Numbered from the stretch's first letter, positions 19,137 through 28,942 are shown. The stretch is DNA of 64,000 nucleotides from Candidatus Saccharimonadota bacterium (GCA_017545595.1 JAFWLO010000011.1:37921-101920); one strand, 5' to 3'. Translations and numbers: made by a program. The notes: generated by a model from the sequence alone, not told the origin.

Positions 19137-19225
19137 TTTTTACCCCCTTATGAGATTATAAAGAACATGTCACACCTATATTATACCAAATTTCTCCAAA
19201 TTTTGCAAGCCCCATAACAAAAACC

Positions 19226-19412
19226 TTGAATTTTTATCCTTTCTATGCTAAAATGAGCAGAAGAAGCAGATTTGCTGATTTTTTGCTCGCTACTCGGGAC
19301 CGGCGACCCCCGTAGCAAAATCAGCAGTAATCTTCGGCGCTATTTAATCGTGCCTGTGGCCTCGGCCTCTAGACTCGAAAGGTCATACAAACTCTAACCA
19401 AAAAGGAATTTC
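19226..19412 (+). promoter_or_regulatory. rpoB promoter and ~155-nt structured 5-prime leader
   Basis: TTGAAT..TGCTAAAAT; long hairpin TGCTGATTTT/AAAATCAGCA enclosing GCTAC/GTAGC and GGG/CCC. Confidence 0.6.
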
Positions 19413-22400
19413 GTGAACAAAACAACGACGACCGGTCGCAAGTTCTTCACTGAAGGCGACCAAGCCCTCCCAATTCCTGATTTGATTGCCCACCAAAAAG
19501 ACAGCTGGGAAGATTTTGTCAAATCAGGCCTTCGCGAAGTTTTTAACGAGCTCAATCCGATTGAGGATTACACTCACCAAAAACTCGCGCTCCGCTTTAA
19601 AGATTATTATTTCAAAGAGCCTTCCGAGTCGGAAAGGGAAGCGAAATACAATTTAACAACATACGACGCCCCTCTCCATGTCATCGTCGAGCTAGAAAAC
19701 AAAGTTTCCGGCGAGAAGAAAGAACAGGATATCTTCTTTGGCGATTATCCCTGGATGACCGACCGTGCAACCTTCATCATCAACGGAACTGAGCGCGTTA
19801 TTGTCTCTCAGCTCATTCGCTCCGCAGGCGTCTTTTTCACGGCCGACCAAATCGGCGAACGTCGTTACTACGGCGCAAAAGTCATCCCTGGTCGTGGCGC
19901 TTGGCTCGAATTCGAAACCGCCCCTAACGGCGCAATCTACGTCAAAATCGACCGTCGCCGAAAAATCCCCGTAACAACCCTTCTTCGCGCTCTTGGCGTT
20001 GCGAAAAATTCCGAAATCAAAGAAAAATTCGCAGGTCTCGACGAAGGCGACGTCTCCTATATCGACGCCACCCTCGAGAAAGACACGACCCGTGGCCAGT
20101 CCGAAGCTCTCATCGAAGTTTATCGCAGACTTCGCCCGGGCGACCTCGCGACCGTCGAAAACGCGAAGGACATGATCGAACGCACTTTCTTCGACTACAA
20201 GCGTTACGATTATTCCCGTGTTGGGCGTTTCAAGATTAACCAACGCCTCGGTTTCGACACCCCGAACGATTCCGAACATCGCACCCTCCAGATGAAGGAC
20301 CTTATCGCGATTATCGCCGAAATCATCCGCCTAAACAACACTCAAGACGCCCCAGACGACATCGATTCTCTCGCAAACCGTCGCATAAAGCTCGTTGGCG
20401 AGCTTGTTCAACGTCAATTCCGCCTCGGGATGCTTCGCCTTCAGCGCAACATTCTCGACAGAATGTCAATGGCTAACCTTGAAGAAGTCACTCCTTCTCA
20501 GCTTCTAAATTCTCGCCCTGTCGTCGCCGCCGTCAAGGAATTCTTTGCGTCCTCTCAGCTTTCTCAGCTTATGGACGAAACCAACCCCTTCGCCGAACTC
20601 TCCCACAAGCGCCGTCTGTCTTCGATGGGCCCCGGCGGGCTAACCCGCGAACGCGCCGGCTTTGACGTCCGCGATGCCCACCCGACCCACTACGGTCGCA
20701 TCTGTACCGTCGAAACCCCTGAAGGTGGAAACGTCGGTCTCGTTCTTAACCTCGCGACCTATGCCCGCATAAACGACTATGGCTTCATCGAAGCCCCCTA
20801 CCGCGTCGTTAAAAACGGCAAAGTCACGGACGAAGTTGTTTACGTTGACGCCTCTCTAGAAAACGACATGATTATCGCTGACGCCTCCGTAAAACTCGAC
20901 AAAGACGGAAAGTTTGTCGACACCTACGTTTCTGCTCGCGTCCACGGAACTCCGGCTCAAGTCGAATCTTCTCGCGTCACTCATATCGACGCCGCTCACA
21001 AAGAAATTCTCGGAGTTTCCGCCTCGCTTATTCCTTTCGTCGAGAAAAACCGCGTTGACCGCTCCCTCATGGCCTGCGCCATGCAGAAACAAGCTGTTCC
21101 TCTTCTTAAAACCGACGCTCCCGTCGTCGGAACCGGAATTGAAGGTGAAGTCGCCAAAAACCTCTCCCAAATCGTCTTTGCTGAAGGCGACGGAGAAGTC
21201 AAAAAGGCCGACGGCGTCTCTGTTATCGTCAAATACAAAGACAATTCCGAAAAAGAATACAAACTCGTCCACTTCGAGAAAAACAACGACGACCGCTGTT
21301 ATAACCAACGCACAAAGGTCGTTCGTGGTCAAAAAGTCAAAAAAGGCGACGTCCTTATTGAAGGCGCTTCCATAGAAGATGGCGAACTCGCTCTCGGAAA
21401 AGATCTCCTCGTCGCGTTCATGCCTTGGCGCGGTTACAACATGGATGACGCTATCGTCATCTCTTCCCGCCTCGTAAAAGACGACACTCTGACCTCAATC
21501 AACATCAAAGATTACGACGTTGAGGTTCGCGAAACAAAGCTCGGCCCCGAACAAATCACTCGCGACATTCCAAACGTCAGCGAACATTCCCTTCGTCATC
21601 TCGGCGAAGACGGAATTGTCACCGTCGGTAGCGAAGTTTCCACCGGAGACATTCTCGTCGGGAAAATCACCCCGAAAGGCGAACAAGAGCTTTCTTCCGA
21701 GGAACGTCTCCTCCGAGCCATCTTCGGTGAAAAAGCTAAAGATGTCCGCGACACTTCTGTTCGCATGAACGGCGGAACCGGAAAAGTCATCGGCGTCCGC
21801 ACTTATACTCGCGAACAAGGTCACGACCTCAAAGCTGGCGTCCTCATGCAAATCAAAATCTACGTCGCCGAAATGAGAAAAATCGACGTCGGCGATAAGC
21901 TCGCAGGTCGCCACGGAAACAAAGGTGTCGTTTCTCGCATTCTTCCTGTCGAAGATATGCCCTTCATGGAAGACGGAACTCCAATCGACATCCTTCTTTC
22001 TCCAATGGGCGTCCCAAGCCGCATGAACCTCGGCCAGCTTTTCGAAACCCACCTCGGTTTTGCCGCTAAAAACCTCGGTTACAAAGTCGCCACCCCGTCC
22101 TTCAATGGTGTCCCAGGAGAAGTCATCTCTGAGGAGCTTAAAAAGGCCGGTTTCGACGAAGACGGTCGTGTCCAACTTTACGATGGCCTAACCGGCGAAC
22201 CCTTCAACGAAAGAACTTCCGTCGGTATCATGCACATGATAAAACTCCACCACATGGTCGAAGATAAAATCCACGCCCGTTCAACCGGTCCATACACTAT
22301 GGTCACCCAGCAACCTCTCGGCGGAAAGGCCCAGAACGGTGGTCAGCGTTTCGGAGAAATGGAGGTTTGGGCGCTCGAAGCATACGGTGCCGCCACCACA

Positions 22401-22784
22401 CTCCAAGAAATGTTGACGATAAAATCCGATGATGTTTATGGCCGTGCGAAAGCCTACGAAGCCATCATTAAAAACGAGCCAATCGAAGGCCCGAAGCTTC
22501 CTGAAGGCTTCAACGTCCTCGTCAAAGAGCTCCAAGGTCTCGGTCTTAAAGTCGATCTTCTTGACCATGGAGAAATCAACGATGCTTCCGACGTCATTGA
22601 AGAAACTTCCCGCGAAATAGAAAAAGAACAGGACGACCAGCTCATTTACGCACAACACAAAGAAGAAACCGAACCGACTATAACCGACCTCGATTCGGAA
22701 GAAACTAAAGAAATCTTAGAAGACGAAGGAATTCAAATAACAGAGGGCGATGACGCAACCACCGACCTCGGAGAGGAGATCTAA
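19413..22784 (+). CDS. rpoB: RNA polymerase beta subunit
   Basis: SSQLSQ, HKRRLS.GPGGL, GDKLAGRHGNKG, GGQRFGEMEVWALEAYGA; GTG start. Confidence 0.99.
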   Translation: MNKTTTTGRKFFTEGDQALPIPDLIAHQKDSWEDFVKSGLREVFNELNPIEDYTHQKLALRFKDYYFKEPSESEREAKYNLTTYDAPLHVIVELENKVSGEKKEQDIFFGDYPWMTDRATFIINGTERVIVSQLIRSAGVFFTADQIGERRYYGAKVIPGRGAWLEFETAPNGAIYVKIDRRRKIPVTTLLRALGVAKNSEIKEKFAGLDEGDVSYIDATLEKDTTRGQSEALIEVYRRLRPGDLATVENAKDMIERTFFDYKRYDYSRVGRFKINQRLGFDTPNDSEHRTLQMKDLIAIIAEIIRLNNTQDAPDDIDSLANRRIKLVGELVQRQFRLGMLRLQRNILDRMSMANLEEVTPSQLLNSRPVVAAVKEFFASSQLSQLMDETNPFAELSHKRRLSSMGPGGLTRERAGFDVRDAHPTHYGRICTVETPEGGNVGLVLNLATYARINDYGFIEAPYRVVKNGKVTDEVVYVDASLENDMIIADASVKLDKDGKFVDTYVSARVHGTPAQVESSRVTHIDAAHKEILGVSASLIPFVEKNRVDRSLMACAMQKQAVPLLKTDAPVVGTGIEGEVAKNLSQIVFAEGDGEVKKADGVSVIVKYKDNSEKEYKLVHFEKNNDDRCYNQRTKVVRGQKVKKGDVLIEGASIEDGELALGKDLLVAFMPWRGYNMDDAIVISSRLVKDDTLTSINIKDYDVEVRETKLGPEQITRDIPNVSEHSLRHLGEDGIVTVGSEVSTGDILVGKITPKGEQELSSEERLLRAIFGEKAKDVRDTSVRMNGGTGKVIGVRTYTREQGHDLKAGVLMQIKIYVAEMRKIDVGDKLAGRHGNKGVVSRILPVEDMPFMEDGTPIDILLSPMGVPSRMNLGQLFETHLGFAAKNLGYKVATPSFNGVPGEVISEELKKAGFDEDGRVQLYDGLTGEPFNERTSVGIMHMIKLHHMVEDKIHARSTGPYTMVTQQPLGGKAQNGGQRFGEMEVWALEAYGAATTLQEMLTIKSDDVYGRAKAYEAIIKNEPIEGPKLPEGFNVLVKELQGLGLKVDLLDHGEINDASDVIEETSREIEKEQDDQLIYAQHKEETEPTITDLDSEETKEILEDEGIQITEGDDATTDLGEEI

Positions 22785-22785
22785 T

Positions 22786-25700
22786 ATGGCCTGGAATTAC
22801 AACAACTACATCAGTGCCAACGATTTTGATTCGATTCGTCTCAGCGTAGCTTCCGCAGAAGACATTCTAAACTGGAGCTACGGGCAGGTTACAAAACCCG
22901 AGACAATCAACTATCGAACTCAAAAACCTGAGCGCGACGGTCTTTTCTGTGAAAAGATTTTCGGCCCAGTAAAAGACATTAACCCTCACGACGCAAAACT
23001 CAAAGGCATTCGTTCTCGCGAAGCTGCCGTCGATAAAGAAGGGAATCTTGTCACAAAGTCCATCACACGCCGCGAGCGCATGGGTCACATCGCCCTCGCC
23101 GCTCCCGTCACTCATATCTGGTTTATGCGCGGAACGCCATCCGCTCTTGCAACATTGCTTGATTTAACCGTTAAAAACATCGAGAAAGTTGTTTATTTCG
23201 CGACCTACTTAATCACCGAAGCGAAAGACGAAGAAGTCGAAAAAACTCTTCACGACCTTGAAGCTCAGACCGAAGCCGCGAGAAACGCAATAAAAATCCG
23301 CTACGAGAACGAAGCCTCCGTTGAGGGTGCTGACGTTCGCGCTCTCGCCGAAGCTCAAACAAAAGAGCTAGAAGAGCTCGAAACCGATTTTGTTCGCCGA
23401 AAGTCCTATCTCGAAGGCTTCCACAAAGGCGCTATCCTTTCTGAGCACGATTATCGCGAGCTCCCCGAAGAATACGAAGATTTAATCGAAGTCGGAATGG
23501 GCGCAACCGCCATCAAAAAACTTCTCGATGAAATCGATCTTGACCTTCTTATCAACGAAATCAAAGAACAATCCGAAACCGCCAAGGGTCAAAAGGCGAA
23601 AAAACTCATCAAACGCCTAAAAACCCTCGAAGGAATGCAATCCGCCGGCATAAAGCCAAGCGACCTCGTTCTGACGGTTATTCCAGTCATTCCTCCGGAT
23701 CTTCGTCCAATGATTTCTCTCCCAGGCGGACGTTTTGCAACCTCCGATTTGAACGACCTTTATCGCCGTGTCATAAACCGCAATAATCGTCTGAAAAAGC
23801 TTCTCGATCTTAACGCTCCAGAAGTTATCTGCCGAAACGAAATGCGTATGCTCCAAGAGGCCGTCGATGCCCTCATCGACAACTCCGCATCTCACGGTTC
23901 TCGCTCTGCCGCTTCCCAAAACGGCCGAAGAAAGCTCAAATCTCTCTCCGACCTCTTGAAAGGAAAGCAAGGTCGCTTCCGCCAGAACCTCCTCGGAAAA
24001 CGCGTCGACTATTCCGGCCGCTCCGTCATCGTTGTTGGTCCTGAGCTAAAACTCAACGAATGTGGCCTCCCGAAGCAAATGGCGCTCGAACTCTTTAAGC
24101 CTTTCGTAATTTCTTGGCTCATCCGCAATGAACACGCAAACAACATCCGCGCCGCCGCTCGCATGATCGAAGCAGGAGAAAACGTCGTTTGGGATGCTCT
24201 CGACGAAGTTATTCAAGGTCGTTATGTCCTCTTGAACCGCGCTCCGTCCCTCCACCGTCTCTCTGTTCAGGCTTTCCAGCCAAAACTCATCAACGGAAAA
24301 GCCATCCAGCTTCACCCGCTCGTCGCATCCGGTTTCAACGCCGACTACGACGGCGACCAAATGGCTGTCCACCTTCCGCTATCCGACGCCGCCCAAGCCG
24401 AAGCCCGCGAACTCATGTCCGCAACTAAAAACCTTCTTAAACCTGCCGACGGTGCCCCTGTTCTCGCGATTTATCAGGATGTCGTTCTCGGAATTTACTA
24501 CCTAACTTACGACAAACCCGGGACCGACACCGAAAAAGCCCATGCCTTCTCTTCGATTTACGAAGCAGAAATGGCCTACGACAAGGGTCTAATCGCGCTC
24601 CAAACCCCAATTCGTGTCTTCGCGAAGAAAGAAATCAGAAACACGACTCTCGGACGTGTCATCTTTAACGAAATCCTCCCGAAGGATTATCCGTTCGACA
24701 ACTCCGTCCAGACTTCGAAACAACTTAAAAAAGTCATGGCGAACATTTTCGACCAATACGGCCCCGAAGTAACCGTAAAAACCGCCGACGCCGTCAAAAA
24801 CCTCGCCTTCGAGTATGAAACTATCGCTTCCGTCTCGACAGCGAAAGACGATTACCCGACTTATCCAGAAATCGCCGACTTTATCGCCGAAGGAGACGCG
24901 AAGACCGCTTTGATTCAAGACCAATTCAACCAAGGTCTCGTAACCGAAGAGGAAAGAAAGAACCTTACGATCGCAAACTGGCGAGACATCGACAAGAAAA
25001 TCTCCGACTTCCTTAAAGAAAAACTCTCCACGATGGACACAGACATCGCCGTCATGGTCAACTCCGGCGCTCGTGGTTCCGTTTCGAACATCAAACTCGC
25101 TTCCGCAGAAATCGGTATCATGGTCGATATCAACAACAACGAAATCGAGCTCCCTGTTAAATCTTCTTACAAAGAAGGCCTAAACACTCTCGAATCCTTC
25201 ATTGCGACCCGAGGCGCTCGCCAAGGTCAGGTTTCGACCGCTCTCCGTACTGCCGACTCTGGTTACCTCACCCGTCGCCTCGTTGACGTCGCTCAAGATG
25301 TCTTCACGACCGATGAAGAAGCTTACGATCCAGGCTTTACAGTCTATAAATCAGAAACCGAACAAACTGGCATCGCTTTCTCTGTCCGCATTGCTGGACG
25401 CTACACCGCCGAAGCTATCCCAGGCTATCTTGAAGCCGACGAGCTCATCACAAACGACCTCGCTGCTCAAATCGAAGCCGACGATAAGATAGAAAGTGTA
25501 AAAATCCAATCCGTTCTCTCGACGACCGCCGTTAATGGCGTCCCGAGAAAAGCTTACGGTGTCGATATGTCCACCCGCGAACTTGTTGAAGCAAACCAGC
25601 CTGTCGGAGTTATCGCCGCACAATCCCTCGGCGAACCGGGCACCCAACTCACTCTCGATACAAAACACGGTTCTGGTGTTGCTGGCTCCGGCGCTATCGC

Positions 25701-26613
25701 TCGAGGTCTTCCTCGTGTCGAGGAGCTTCTCGAAGCCCGCTCCCCTAAAGGTCAAGCCTGGATTTCTCCTATCGACGGTATCGTCGAAGTCCACGAAGAC
25801 GGAAATCACTACATCGTAACCGTCTCCCCTCAGGCCGGAGAAACCGTTCGTATCGAACTTGGCGACAAAAAGTCGAAAATTAAAGACGGCGCCTCCGTCA
25901 AAACCGGCGACGTAATCGCTTCAAAAGCGAAAGGTCTCGAACCTATCATCGCCCCGTTCGACGGAAATGCTCAACTTGTTGAAGGCGCAATCATCCTCGT
26001 CGGAACCGCCGGAAGCCCAGTTCGCATCGAAATTCCGAACACAGCCGAACTTGTCGTTAAAAACGATGATTCCGTCACCGCTGGCGATCGTCTCACGACT
26101 GGTTCTTTGAACCTCCAAGACCTTCTCCGTTACAAGGGAACCGAAGAAACCGAACGCTATATCATGAACGACGTTATGTCTGTCTATGCTGCCCAAGGCC
26201 ACGAAATCTCTTCGAAACACTTCGAAGTTATCATCCGTCAGATGTTTAACCGCGTCATGATTACCGATTCTGGAGATAGTTCCTTCGTTGCTGGCGACAT
26301 CATCGGTCGCGCCGCTGTCGAAGCCAAAAACAAATCCCTCGAAGCCGAGAAAAAGACCCCTGCAAGCTTCGACGCCCTCCTTCTCGGAATTACCAAGGTT
26401 TCTATCTGGTCCGATTCGTTCTTGTCCGCCGCGTCCTTCCAGGACACAACTCGCGTTCTCATCAACGCCGCAACCCACGGTCGCATCGACCATCTCCATG
26501 GTCTAAAAGAGAACGTCATCATTGGTCGCAAGATTCCTGTCGGAACTGGCGTAAAACCCCTAAAACTCGAAAATTCCGCCGAACCGACCGAAGAAGACCT
26601 CGCAGGCTTCTAA
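22786..26613 (+). CDS. rpoC: RNA polymerase beta-prime subunit (start moved to ATG 22786)
   Basis: RERMGHI, NADYDGDQMAVH, SGYLTRRLVDVAQD, LKENVIIG; SD GAGGAG before 22786. Confidence 0.99.
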   Translation: MAWNYNNYISANDFDSIRLSVASAEDILNWSYGQVTKPETINYRTQKPERDGLFCEKIFGPVKDINPHDAKLKGIRSREAAVDKEGNLVTKSITRRERMGHIALAAPVTHIWFMRGTPSALATLLDLTVKNIEKVVYFATYLITEAKDEEVEKTLHDLEAQTEAARNAIKIRYENEASVEGADVRALAEAQTKELEELETDFVRRKSYLEGFHKGAILSEHDYRELPEEYEDLIEVGMGATAIKKLLDEIDLDLLINEIKEQSETAKGQKAKKLIKRLKTLEGMQSAGIKPSDLVLTVIPVIPPDLRPMISLPGGRFATSDLNDLYRRVINRNNRLKKLLDLNAPEVICRNEMRMLQEAVDALIDNSASHGSRSAASQNGRRKLKSLSDLLKGKQGRFRQNLLGKRVDYSGRSVIVVGPELKLNECGLPKQMALELFKPFVISWLIRNEHANNIRAAARMIEAGENVVWDALDEVIQGRYVLLNRAPSLHRLSVQAFQPKLINGKAIQLHPLVASGFNADYDGDQMAVHLPLSDAAQAEARELMSATKNLLKPADGAPVLAIYQDVVLGIYYLTYDKPGTDTEKAHAFSSIYEAEMAYDKGLIALQTPIRVFAKKEIRNTTLGRVIFNEILPKDYPFDNSVQTSKQLKKVMANIFDQYGPEVTVKTADAVKNLAFEYETIASVSTAKDDYPTYPEIADFIAEGDAKTALIQDQFNQGLVTEEERKNLTIANWRDIDKKISDFLKEKLSTMDTDIAVMVNSGARGSVSNIKLASAEIGIMVDINNNEIELPVKSSYKEGLNTLESFIATRGARQGQVSTALRTADSGYLTRRLVDVAQDVFTTDEEAYDPGFTVYKSETEQTGIAFSVRIAGRYTAEAIPGYLEADELITNDLAAQIEADDKIESVKIQSVLSTTAVNGVPRKAYGVDMSTRELVEANQPVGVIAAQSLGEPGTQLTLDTKHGSGVAGSGAIARGLPRVEELLEARSPKGQAWISPIDGIVEVHEDGNHYIVTVSPQAGETVRIELGDKKSKIKDGASVKTGDVIASKAKGLEPIIAPFDGNAQLVEGAIILVGTAGSPVRIEIPNTAELVVKNDDSVTAGDRLTTGSLNLQDLLRYKGTEETERYIMNDVMSVYAAQGHEISSKHFEVIIRQMFNRVMITDSGDSSFVAGDIIGRAAVEAKNKSLEAEKKTPASFDALLLGITKVSIWSDSFLSAASFQDTTRVLINAATHGRIDHLHGLKENVIIGRKIPVGTGVKPLKLENSAEPTEEDLAGF

Positions 26614-26628
26614 AAAGCGCCAAAAAAC

Positions 26629-26666
26629 AAAAAGTGTCCCCTAAACTCTATAGGGGACACTTTTTT
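26629..26666 (+). terminator. rpoBC terminator
   Basis: AAAAGTGTCCCCT/AGGGGACACTTTT followed by T. Confidence 0.9.
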
Positions 26667-26762
26667 GTTCTCAATACCTAATTTATTGACTTTTTATCCC
26701 TCTTGTGCTATAATAAGAGAATAACGTTTGTTAAGTTCTTACACATACAGGAGGGGAAGAAA

Positions 26763-27086
26763 ATGGATGTCTTATTCGAAAACAACGTAGAAGTCGTAGA
26801 AGATCAAGAACTAAAAGAGGCTTTACGATTAGTCTACAAACGAATCTGGCAAGAAGAACCAAATCTGAAAGGATTTTGTATTCCCGAAAGGGAAGCAATC
26901 GAAGTTCTAAAAGCCACAGTTCAAATCGCAAGCAAAATATACACTTTAGGCGTATCTGGGCTACATGCTCATGAAACCGAGTCCTACAAAGAGCCAACAG
27001 AAATTATGTTTCATATAAATTATGACAACAGTTGCAATGCCTCAAGCGGAACCCTAACTATTAAATGCACAGATGCCATCTTCTAA
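26763..27086 (+). CDS. Orphan hypothetical protein (107 aa, start moved to ATG 26763)
   Basis: SD AGGAGG; promoter 26686-26714; terminator GCCCCG/CGGGGC at ~27095-27116. Confidence 0.65.
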   Translation: MDVLFENNVEVVEDQELKEALRLVYKRIWQEEPNLKGFCIPEREAIEVLKATVQIASKIYTLGVSGLHAHETESYKEPTEIMFHINYDNSCNASSGTLTIKCTDAIF

Positions 27087-27129
27087 CTAACCCCGCCCCG
27101 TTCTTACGGGGCTTTTTCCAACTTACCCC

Positions 27130-27274
27130 TTGCTTTTCTCTTAAATCTATGATAAAATGATAAGCGTATATCTATACCTAGACGAACTAGTAAGTCCGAC
27201 CTCTGTTTCCCCAGAGAGAAGAAACTGCTAAATGTCTAGATTTATTAATGTTAAATTTAAGGGAAAGGAAAAGA
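27130..27274 (+). promoter_or_regulatory. Promoter and leader of the rplC-led ribosomal protein operon
   Basis: TTGCTT..TGATAAAAT; CTAGAC/GTCTAG pairing could close a leader structure. Confidence 0.5.
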
Positions 27275-27892
27275 ATGCAAGTCATTCTCGGCACCAAAAT
27301 TGGTATGACCCAAATCATCGGTTCCGATGGCGTCGTGACCCCTGTCACAATCATCGAAGCCGGCCCCGCGACAGTGACTCAGATTAAAACCGTCGAATCC
27401 GATGGTTATAACGCTGTCCAGCTTGGGTTTGGTAAGGGTAAGAATCTGAGCAAGTCGATTTCCGGCCACGTTAAAAAAGCCGGAGAAAACATCAACCCTA
27501 AAATTCTTAAAGAATTCCGTCTTGAGTCCGCCCCCGAAGCGAAGCTCGGCGACATCATAACCGTCGAAGCTTTCAATCTCGGTGACAAGGTCTCCGTAAC
27601 CGGAATTTCTAAAGGCAAAGGTTTCGCCGGAACCGTAAAACGCTGGAACTTCCAAGAGTCTCGCAACACCCACGGTTTTAAGGGAAACATTCGTCGTGTC
27701 GGCTCAATTGGCTCGATGTACCCTCAAAAAGTCTTCAAGGGCAAACGTATGCCAGGTCGTATGGGCCATGATCAAGTAACCGTCAAAAACCTCGAAGTCG
27801 CCTATATCGACAAAGAAAACAACCTTATCGGTCTCAAGGGCGCTGTTCCGGGTCCTAAAAAGGGAACCATAACGATCGAGGGAAAGGAATAA
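27275..27892 (+). CDS. rplC: 50S ribosomal protein uL3
   Basis: ILGTKIGMTQI, SKGKGFAGTVKRW, GRMG. Confidence 0.97.
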   Translation: MQVILGTKIGMTQIIGSDGVVTPVTIIEAGPATVTQIKTVESDGYNAVQLGFGKGKNLSKSISGHVKKAGENINPKILKEFRLESAPEAKLGDIITVEAFNLGDKVSVTGISKGKGFAGTVKRWNFQESRNTHGFKGNIRRVGSIGSMYPQKVFKGKRMPGRMGHDQVTVKNLEVAYIDKENNLIGLKGAVPGPKKGTITIEGKE

Positions 27893-27893
27893 C

Positions 27894-28502
27894 ATGGCAG
27901 AAACTCTGAACAAAGAAATCTTTTCGCTCGAAGTCGAAAATTACGAACTCCTAAAACTCGCGTACGATTCTTATCTCGCGAATTCTCGTTCGTCTCACGC
28001 AAAAACCCTAAAACGTGGTGAAGTCCGCGGTGGCGGTAAAAAACCCTGGAAACAAAAGGGAACCGGTCGTGCTCGCTTCGGCTCAACCAGAAACCCAATC
28101 TGGCGTCATGGTGGCGTCGCCTTCGGTCGAACCGGCGAAGAAAACTTCACGAAAAAACTCGCGAAAAACTCGAAAAAACTCGCTGTTCGTCAAGCTCTCA
28201 GCCTTAAAAACGCTGAAAAATCCGTCCTCGTTAACGATTTGAAGCTTTCCGGAAAAACCAAAGACATGGTTAAGATTCTCGACGATCTAAAATTAAACGA
28301 CAAATCCGTTCTCGTCGTCGTTTCCGAGAAAACCCCTGAGATTCTTCGCTCAACAAACAACCTCGAAAATCTCAAACTCGTCCGAGCGACCTACCTCAAC
28401 GTTTTCGACATCTTAAACGCCGACGCCGTCATCTTTAACAGCTCCGCTCTTAAAGACGCCGAAGCTTGGCTTGTCGATACTAAAGAAGGGAAGGAGAAAT
28501 AA
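27894..28502 (+). CDS. rplD: 50S ribosomal protein uL4
   Basis: RGEVRGGGKKPWKQKGTGRARFGS. Confidence 0.97.
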   Translation: MAETLNKEIFSLEVENYELLKLAYDSYLANSRSSHAKTLKRGEVRGGGKKPWKQKGTGRARFGSTRNPIWRHGGVAFGRTGEENFTKKLAKNSKKLAVRQALSLKNAEKSVLVNDLKLSGKTKDMVKILDDLKLNDKSVLVVVSEKTPEILRSTNNLENLKLVRATYLNVFDILNADAVIFNSSALKDAEAWLVDTKEGKEK

Positions 28503-28504
28503 TC

Positions 28505-28942
28505 ATGGCAGAAAAATCCACAGAAAAAACTCCATTAATCCTTGATCAAAAGTCCGCGCTTGTTCCTCGTGCAACCGAAAAAACCTACGCCGAACAAACA
28601 CGCCGAACTTACGCCTTCTTCGTGAATCCTTCCGATTCTAAACAAGAAATCGCCAAAAAAGTTTCCGACCAATTCAACGTTACCGTCGAAGATGTCCGAA
28701 CTTTGACCAGAAAAGGGAAGAAAACCAAATTCTCCAAAGGAAAACACGCTTACCCAGGAATCACCTTCCGACGCGACCACAAACTCGCTTACGTCACCTT
28801 AAAAGAAGGGAATTCCATCCGCGTGTTCGAAACTCCTGAAGAGAATTCCGAACTAGAAAAAGCCTCAACAAAAAAGGCAGACAAAGTCAGCGCAAAGGAA
28901 GCCAAAAAGGCCGACAAGAAAGCAGACAAGGAGAATAAATAA
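28505..28942 (+). CDS. rplW: 50S ribosomal protein uL23 with N- and C-terminal extensions
   Basis: TEKT..YAFFV..SKQEI..KLAYVTL; position in the operon. Confidence 0.9.
   Translation: MAEKSTEKTPLILDQKSALVPRATEKTYAEQTRRTYAFFVNPSDSKQEIAKKVSDQFNVTVEDVRTLTRKGKKTKFSKGKHAYPGITFRRDHKLAYVTLKEGNSIRVFETPEENSELEKASTKKADKVSAKEAKKADKKADKENK

Noticed and set aside
19255-19345. SRP (4.5S) or 6S RNA upstream of rpoB
   Set aside because: Lacks the SRP helix-8 CAGG/GNRA/AGCA motif and the 6S central bubble; better read as an rpoB leader.
19692-26531. Long antisense ORFs within rpoB/rpoC (e.g. 19692-20279, 21495-22175, 25351-25809, 25921-26499)
   Set aside because: Shadow frames caused by biased codon usage; fully overlapped by conserved genes.
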